A stretch of DNA of 32,000 nt from Zygophlyctis sp. KS116 (lineage: Eukaryota > Fungi > Chytridiomycota), in the NCBI GenBank assembly GCA_054661495.1, contig BAAFSQ010000076.1, positions 1 through 32,000 of the forward strand, read 5' to 3'. Shown piece after piece: positions 24,201 to 32,000 of the stretch. The notes beneath the pieces are model-generated. The model ran no database searches, was not told the DNA's origin, and saw only the letters and a program-made list of their open reading frames with translations. Every line of letters begins with the position of its first letter. Position 1 is the stretch's first letter. The position numbers were made by a program, and so were the translations under genes.

Positions 24201-26672
24201 AAATCTGCTGTACTTTACTACTTCACAAAAATCTGAATTTTTCGCAATGAAAGGAAAATTCTTAAATAAGTTGAATCTTCATGATGATGCTGCACTATCA
24301 TTCTCATCAGCAATTCAAATTGATATGAACTTGGCCAAAGCCTGGGGCCTTTGGGGCCAGTACAATGACAGGCTTTTTAAAGAGAATCCATCCGAAATAA
24401 AACATGCAATATCGGCGGTCAACTGCTTTTTGAATGCTTCTGGACTTTACAATAATGCTAGGTCGCGTAAATATATTTCAAAAATTATTTGGCTCTTAAG
24501 CATGGACGATTCTCAAGGGAGTATTCTCAAATGCTATGAATCATTCAAAGGTGAGGCTTCTTTATGGTTTTGGATCACATTTATTCCTCAGTTGCTCTCA
24601 TCTTTAGCATCAAAAGAGGCTCGTTTTGCCAGGCAAATATTGATGAAGATTGCGAAATCATATCCACAGGTAAATGAATATCTTTAAATTTCAGGCATTG
24701 CACTTTCATCTGAGAACTGCTAAGGAGGAGTTTCTACTTTTGAAAAAACAGTCAAATGGTACCAGTCAGGAAAGCGAGCAGTCTTCAGCGCAAGAAGTTA
24801 AAATTGAAGATGAAAAGTCCCCTGCAACGTTTAGTGAAGTAGAAGGTCTTATTTCCACTCCAACCCCATCATCTACAGTAAGACAGCCTTGGGAATATGT
24901 AGAAGAAATTATGTCTCTACTTAAAACAGCGTTTCCTCTTTTGGCATTAACTATGGAGACTATGGTTGATCAAATTTTACAGCGCTTAAAGCCCACTACT
25001 GATGAAGATATATATCGATTAATAGTTGCCCTTTTAAATGATGGTGTGCAAATGTATATGCAGCAGCTATCCCGCGATCCTGAAAATAGCGGGCAATTAT
25101 CATCAGCCACCGAAATGAATTTGCTTCGATTTGCAGAAAGTATGAGCCCAAATCATGTCAAGGTACAAAAGTTCCTTTTTAATAATATAGTATAAGGAGG
25201 CCTTTGAACGAGATTTTATAAACAGCAAACCAAATTTGGCTGTTCTGATTGATAGATTCAGATCATGGAGGGATAAATTAGAAAATATTCTAGATAACCG
25301 TCCAAGACATAGGCAATTAGAATATTTCAGTCATTACCTTTCGGAGTTTGAATATTCGAAATTTGATGAAGTAGAAGTGCCTGGTCAGTATTCATTGGTA
25401 ATTTTCCAACTTTTTATTTTAGATCCGAATGAATAATAAGGACTTCATCAAAATTCAGCGATTTGATTCTGTTATAGACATTATCAGGGGTCATTCAAGC
25501 TGTGCGCGTCGAATAACTATCCGTGGCCATGACGGAAGCGTTTATCCTTTCATTGTACAACATCCTGCAGCTCGACATTGTAGAAGGGAAGAAAGAATAC
25601 TTCAGCTTTTCAGATTTTTAAATGAAATAATAGGACGAAAAAAGGAAACTCGGCGCAGGAATTTAATGTTCCATTTACCTCTCATTGTACCAATAGCACC
25701 CCAAATTCGTCTGATTCAGGACGATACTAAATATGTTACTCTGCAAGAAGTATTTGAAGACTACTGTAAGCAGAAGAATATGGGACGTGACGATCCAGCC
25801 ATCTATTACACCAGTCGCATTCGAAAAGTTTTACTTTCTGAAGACATTTCCAAGAGAAGCAAAATCGAACTACTAAATCTTAAAGCAGAGCTTTTTGAAG
25901 AAATATCAAATCAGCTGGTACCCAATAACATCCTATCTACTGTAATAATTTATTTTTAACGTTTTAGTATCTATCAGCGACCATGAAAACTTACGAAGAT
26001 CTTTGGCTCCTTCGTCGTAACTTTATCCGCCAGATGGCTTGTAATTCATTTCTGACATACTCACTATGCGTTGGTCATCGCCATCCGCAAAAAATGCACA
26101 TTTCCTTAAAAACAGGAAACGTTTGGAATTCTGAACTTCTTCCATGTAAGATTAAATTATTTTAACCAACAGCAATATCTTCAAGCATGATCCAATTCAC
26201 AAATTCAGAAGCTGTTCCGTTTAGACTGACGCCGAATATTCAGCACTTTATGACTAAAGGAGGAACAGAGGGACTTTTTACCGCCGCATTACTATCATTA
26301 GCAAAGTCCATCATTGAATCGGAGGTAAATTATTTCTGATCTCATAAAAAAGTTTGAAATGGAGTCCTATCTTTTGATTTATCTTCGAGATGAACTAAGT
26401 TCGTGGTATTCGAGCTCATCCAAGAAGATTAGTCTGCATGAAGGAAAACTTCAGGACCATATTCTACAAAATTTAGAAATTATAACTGGACGTATGACTG
26501 CACTTTCCTGCAAAACTGAAAGACTTAAAGTAAGTTTGAATTTATTTGCTAATTTCTCTAGACCAGTGATAAACTTGAACCTGTATACCAAACCATCCTT
26601 GACTTAATCTCACAAGCGGTGAATCCTCTTAAATTAGCCCAAATGGATTTAGGATTTTTCCCCCAATTATAA
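15300..26672 (+). CDS. TRA1: Tra1/TRRAP PIKK pseudokinase (SAGA/NuA4 subunit), 16 exons, about 3655 aa
   Basis: Motifs SFKVLTECPII, RKELLVATRH, LCLTVPVRLSVLLP, QGLRTLELCVDNL, YRGYHETAWIINRFAH, PAARHCRREER, VPFRLTPN and the FATC end AVNPLKLAQMDLGFFPQL. Introns 15654-15677, 15804-15832, 16136-16163, 16427-16455, 16656-16682, 16938-16961, 19587-19613, 21372-21397, 24670-24694, 25163-25190, 25398-25422, 25942-25967, 26146-26172, 26325-26352, 26530-26561. Confidence 0.96.
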
Positions 26673-26734
26673 ATGACTTTATACACTTAAATTATTTTTG
26701 AGAAGATTAAAAGATGGTGAATTTAAAACATGAA

Positions 26735-27565
26735 TTAATTGTCATCATCTGAAGAACTTTCCGCATACACTGAACCCAACAAATTTAAAGGAGATATTTC
26801 CACTTTTTTACGAACTATTCCCAAATCTATTCCTGAATCAGTCTTTCTTTTCCCTAAATTATTTTGTTGCCCTTTAATAACCTGATTTTTTAATAATTCC
26901 AGAGGATCTCCATCTGCAACTCTTTTAACTATTTCCCCTTCAGCATTATAAAATACAGCATGAGCCAATTCATTATCTTGTTTTTCTTGTAATTCTAGTA
27001 ATTCCTTTTCTCTTGCATACTTTTTCAAAATAATATTTTCTATAGCTTGTAAAGAGCCACCTCTTTCATATGCAGCACTTTTAGTTTTTAATTCATCCAA
27101 GTTTTCCAAAATCTCCATTTCTCTTTTTGAGTTTAACGTCCTTAATTCCAACTTTGATATTGGATTTCTAGCTTCCTCTGCTTCTTTTTCCTTTTGTATT
27201 TCAGCTTCTAAAAGCCTTTCATCTCTAACCATTTCAAAATTCCTTTGAGCTCCAGACTCACAAACATAATCTGTTTTTTCGGGGTCCGTCTTAAAGGTAA
27301 TATCGCACGAGCACATTGGACATCGTATATAGAACCGATGTATTTGTATTCCTAAATAATGTTCTCCTTTTGCTCTTTCCTTTCTAGCGTTGAATTTCTT
27401 TCCTTTTGGAATCCATTCTGAGCAAGTTAAACATCTCATACTAAACGGAGCCATGAGTCTTACTACATGAGGATTAGAAGTTCTTAGTTCTCCTTTGTTT
27501 GATTCTAATTTAGAAGGATCAAAGTCTGGAGGAAAGTATTTATTGAGGACTTTTCTTTCTGACAT
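26735..27565 (-). CDS. YJU2: Step-1 splicing factor Yju2/Cwf16 (CCDC94), apparently intronless, 276 aa
   Basis: N-terminus [17 protein letters not shown]. Zn-binding [14 protein letters not shown]...KKFNARKE...IRCPMC and FKTDP. Confidence 0.95.
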   Translation of the reverse strand: MSERKVLNKYFPPDFDPSKLESNKGELRTSNPHVVRLMAPFSMRCLTCSEWIPKGKKFNARKERAKGEHYLGIQIHRFYIRCPMCSCDITFKTDPEKTDYVCESGAQRNFEMVRDERLLEAEIQKEKEAEEARNPISKLELRTLNSKREMEILENLDELKTKSAAYERGGSLQAIENIILKKYAREKELLELQEKQDNELAHAVFYNAEGEIVKRVADGDPLELLKNQVIKGQQNNLGKRKTDSGIDLGIVRKKVEISPLNLLGSVYAESSSDDDN

Positions 27566-27610
27566 TCTGTTTTGCCCAACAAAGGTTAGGAAAAAACAGG
27601 TTTTCTTAGG
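27566..27610. promoter_or_regulatory. 45-bp divergent spacer between YJU2 and TOR (putative bidirectional promoter core)
   Basis: The two ATGs (27565 on -, 27611 on +) face away from each other, 45 bp apart. Confidence 0.6.
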
Positions 27611-30600
27611 ATGAATGACAATTTGCGATTTATTCTCTCAGACTTGAAGGCAAAGTAATATTTTAATATATAAGATTAGAAATATGGAAATTAGGATAAA
27701 GGGGGCAGAGGCGCTAAGAGATTCTGTAAAATCCGCTTCCAGAGAATGTTCAGGCGAAACATTTGCTAAATTCTTGAATGAAGTTAATAGGAGAATATTT
27801 GAATTGGTTCATTCTAGTGATAATTCTGATAAGATTGGTGGGATTTTGGCTATAGATTACTTGATTGATTTTGATGCGGAAGAAGATCCAACTAAATTAG
27901 CAAGGTAAAATCATATTGTTTTTATTATAGATTTGCAAATTATTTAAGAATAGTTTTGCCTGGAAATGATCCGACTGTAACTGAATTAGCTGCACGAGCT
28001 TTAGGGAAATTGGCTTTACCGGGTGGTCCTTTAACTCTAGATTTTGTAGAATTTGAAGTCAAAAGAGCATTGGAATGGTTATCAGGAGATAGGAATGAAC
28101 AAAGAAGATATGCCGCAGTGCTAGTATTAAAGGAATTAGCTAATAATTCTTCTACGTTATTGTACTCTTATGTTTCACAGATTTTAGATTTGATTTGGAT
28201 ACCGTTAAGAGATCAAAAGGTTTGGAATTTATAATATTAAAAATTAGGTGTCAATTAGAGAAGGTGCGTCTGAAGGATTGGCGGCATGTCTTAAATTAGT
28301 CTCTATTAGACAAAATCAGATTAAAAGGCAACTTTATAAAAGACTCTTTGAAGAGGCTCAAAAAGGATTAAGACAAAATCAAAATCCAGATGTTATACAT
28401 GGTTCTTTATTAGCATTGGGACAGATTTCATTACATTTGATAAAGGAAAATGATGTTAGATTGAAAGAAATTATTGCTCTTGTATTGAAATTTAGGGATC
28501 ATAGAGATTCTCTAGTAAGGAAAACAGTTATAAATTTAATACCAACTTTGGCTAAAATGGATCCAGATTTATTTTTTAAAGAAAATTATCTTAGTGCAAG
28601 TGTAATGTATTTGACGGCTCAGTTGAAGAAAGAAAAAGAACGGAACTATGGTATTTTCAAAAGATTAACAATAGCATTTATTGCCATAGGAAAAGTTGCA
28701 GAAGCAGTAGGAATTAAAATATTGCCTTTTTTAGAATTCACGCTACAAAATATTAAAGAAGGTCTGTCAGTCAAGGGGAAATTAAGAATCAACTCTGAGG
28801 CTTCTATATTTCAATGTATAAGTAGTCTTGCTATTGCGGTCGGTCCTGCGCTTACAAAACATATGCATGAAACATTGGATTTTATGTTTCAAGGTGGAAT
28901 TTCAAGTGCTTTGATCCAGGCTCTTTTTGATCTTTCAAAAAATATTCCTCCGCTAGCAAACTCAATCAGAGGTATTTTTTATTCATCTAAGTTTAAAGTT
29001 CGATTACTTAATTTACTTTCAATGATTTTAGTAGGGCATCCTTATCAACATCCTGGAGTTCCAAATCGTGCTTCACCTAATGTTCATCCCAAAGACGGGA
29101 CTTTAGTATACAATAGTTTGATTAAAAATATAGGTTACAGAAATAAATGATTCGCAGACAATAGTACTTGCTTTAGAAACGTTGGGGTCCTTTGATTTTA
29201 GTGGTATATCTTTGTTTAATTACTCAAATCATTAGGTGTTTTATTAAGTGATCTTTTAAAAGATATATCTGAGCTTTATTTGGATGATGAATCGCCTCAG
29301 ATAAAAAAAAGTGCTGCATTAACTTGCGGTAAAGTATTAAAAGGTGATCCAATAAATTTTCAGGTATGTTTACCACGGAACCAATAATTTTTAGACAAGT
29401 GAAAGGTCGGTAACTCTTGTCGGAGAAGTGATTGGTAGATTGATGACTTTGGGAATAGCAGATCCGGGTATTATTTCAAATTTAAAGAGTTAGATCCGAA
29501 TATCCGTCTGGCAGTAATTACTTCATTAAACAATATTACGTTTGATCATCATTTGGCCCAAGTCGAAACTATTCATTCTCTGTTTTTAGCTGTGAATGAT
29601 GAAGTATTCGCTATCCGAGAAACAGCAATAGATATAATTGGAAGATTGTCGACCCAGAACCCAGCATATGTTTTGCCACCTCTTCGCCGGCTACTGATTA
29701 AATTGTTGACTGAAATTGAATATTGTGACATAAGGTATGAATAGATCGCGTAATAATTTTTTAGTGTCCAAAAAGAACAAAGTGCGAGACTACTGTGTTC
29801 TTTGATCGCTTCTGCCCAAAGCTTAATTCAGCCATATGTCGAATCTGTTTTAAAGGTTTTGCTACCAAAAGCCAGAGATCAAAGTCCAGTAGTTGCATCG
29901 CAAATTATTACATCTCTAGGCGAGTTATCTCGGGTTGGTTCTAAAAACATCAATAATCATCTCAACGATCTAATGATAATGATAATAGAAACACTGCAGG
30001 ACCAAAGTTCTCCAATGAAGCGTGAATCAGCATTGAAAACTCTAGGACAAATATCAAGTAATACTGGATGGGTGGTTGAACCATACCTTAAATATCCTAG
30101 TCTGCTAAATTTACTTATTAAGATTCTTAAAACAGAGCAATCGCCTTCCATAAGAAAAGAAACGGTCAAATTATTGGGTGTTCTCGGAGCTATCGATCCA
30201 TACAAACGTACTCAGGTAATTGTGATCATCCAGTTAATACTAGTTGCCTGACGGAACGGAAAATTCTGGGCCAGTAGTTTTAAATGAGCTAGAATCAACC
30301 ATAGGAATTAGTCCGTCTTCGGATGATTACTATCCTACTGTTGCTGTTCAAAGTTTAATCAAGATTTTGCGGGATGCTTCTTTAAGTAGTCACCACACGG
30401 CGGTAGTGACAGCTATTATGTACATATTTAAGACTCTCAGTTTAAAATGCGTCCCATTTATGCCGCAGGTATAATGATTTAAGTTTCTAAAATATAGATT
30501 ATGCCACCGTTTCTCGCTATGATGCGAACATGTCCTAGCGGAATGCTTGAATTTCATTTTCAGCAACTTTCATTAATCGTTAGTATAGTCAAACAGCACA

Positions 30601-32000
30601 TAAGAAATTACCTAGACGGTATTATATCTCTCATTCAGGATTTTTGGTCTAGTAATCTAAACTTGCAAGCAACTTCTTTGTCCTTAATTGAATCAATCGC
30701 TCAGGCTCTGGATGGTGAATTTAAAGTATACCTTCCAACATTGCTGCCTCAGCTTATCCAAATATTTGAAAACGACATCAGTGAAAATCGTTATCGTACT
30801 CAAAAGTTGCTGAATGCTCTCGTTAACTTTGGTCCGTCATTGGAGGATTACTTGCATCTGGTGATTCCGCCATTGGTCCGACTAATAGAAAATGCTGAAG
30901 CGCCGGTTCATATACGCAAGCAAGCGATTGTTGTTGCTGGTTATTTGTCGCGCCAAGTCACTTTTTGTGACTTAGCATCCCGAGTTATTCATCCTTTAAT
31001 TAGAATATTACATCTGCCTGAATATCGCCAGGAATCAATGGACACTCTTGCGCGCATTGTATTTCAAATGGGCCCCGAGTTCACTCTTTATATACCCACT
31101 TTAGCAAAGGTTTGAAAAATGATAATCTAAAACAAACAGATAATTACAAAACATAGAGTTCACCATCAAAAGTATGAAATGTTGATTGGACGCCTTCTAC
31201 GAGACGAGAATTTTCCTCAAGATGACGACTTTTTCACGGACTTAAAACTGTAATTTGATCTATTTAAATATAGAACCAATCTCCGTATCGAAGATGAGGT
31301 GGGTGAATCGGCATCAAAGAAGCTCCCTCTTAATCAGCAGCAGCTAAAAAAGGCTTGGGAAGCTTCCCAACGGTACACTAAGGATGATTGGCAGGAGTGG
31401 ATACGCAGATTTAGTGTTGAGCTTTTAAAAGAATCACCCTCGCATGCTTTGAGAGCGTGTGCGGCATTAGCTAGTGCCTACTATCCCCTTGCTCGTGAAC
31501 TTTTTAATGCGGCATTTTTGTCTTGTTGGGGTGAATTATATGACCAATTTCAAGATGAACTAGTTCGATCATTAGAGACGGCATTGACGTCAGTTAATAT
31601 TCCTCCTGAAATCTTACAAACATTGTTGAACTTGGCAGAGTTTATGGAGCACGATGATAAGGCATTGCCAATTGATATACGAACTTTAGGATTGTATGCG
31701 GCCAAATGTCACGCATATGCTAAAGCACTTCACTATAAAGAATTGGAATTTATTTCAGAGCCTTTGACGAATACTATCGAAGCTTTAATTAGTATTAATA
31801 ACCAGCTTCAGCAACCAGACTCTGCTATCGGTATATTGACTTACGCTCAACAGAATCATGATGTGGAGCTAAAAGAATCATGGTATGAAAAGCTTCAACG
31901 TTGGGATGATGGGCTTGCGGCTTATGAAAGGAAACAACTAGAGGATCCTAATTCTACCGATGCTACTCTTGGTAGAATGAGGTGTCTGCATAATCTTGGA
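27611..32000 (+). CDS. TOR: TOR kinase, 5' part (HEAT repeats to the start of the FAT domain), truncated by the window end
   Basis: Motifs [88 protein letters not shown] and [13 protein letters not shown]. 14 introns: 27655-27679, 27905-27930, 28220-28247, 28651-28674, 28972-28998, 29106-29133, 29204-29235, 29364-29394, 29468-29493, 29735-29764, 30216-30243, 30469-30497, 31110-31139, 31250-31273. Confidence 0.96.

Noticed and set aside
25983-26145. Degenerate kinase motifs in the PIKK domain (GHRHPQK, no DFG)
   Set aside because: Expected, because Tra1/TRRAP is a known pseudokinase.
7307-30205. Short antisense or alternate-frame ORFs inside ABCA, UTP10, TRA1 and TOR (e.g. 7307-7606, 14094-14495, 18022-18342, 29957-30205)
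   Set aside because: These are shadow ORFs of long coding exons with no recognisable motifs.
670-32000. Fragmented ORFs read as pseudogenes, programmed frameshifts or an alternative genetic code
   Set aside because: Every break coincides with a 24-33 nt GT-AG segment whose removal restores frame and conserved motifs. No in-frame stops remain in the spliced CDSs.
1-32000. Microsporidian or ciliate origin suggested by tiny introns
   Set aside because: Citrate synthase and TOR are present, the proteins are fungal-like, and TAA/TAG act as stops.

Overview
This is eukaryotic nuclear DNA in the standard genetic code, AT-rich and extremely compact. The proteins are fungal-like, and an early-diverging, probably flagellated fungus (chytrid-type) is my inference. 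The ORF track is fragmented because the genes are split by tiny GT-AG introns. I reconstructed 66 by hand, all 24-33 nt, and every complete model splices to an intact reading frame. Gene order: citrate synthase (+); coiled-coil/TSNAXIP1_N-like gene (-); 19-exon plant-type LRR receptor-like protein (-); half-size ABCA transporter (+); V-ATPase proteolipid VMA3 (+); UTP10 (+); TRA1 (+); YJU2 (-); TOR (+, runs off the window). Intergenic gaps are only 24-136 bp. Three things stand out. (i) The LRR receptor gene is built from symmetric phase-2, mostly 72-nt exons, one per repeat, with unusual AAG acceptors, making it a candidate modular fungal surface receptor. (ii) The only two TGA-terminated genes each sit in frame with the next same-strand ATG across a stop-free spacer of 24 or 27 nt, and the VMA3-UTP10 spacer is itself a perfect mini-intron lookalike, suggesting bicistronic or readthrough units. 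(iii) The ultra-short intron system itself is unusual. All gene models are manual predictions without RNA evidence.
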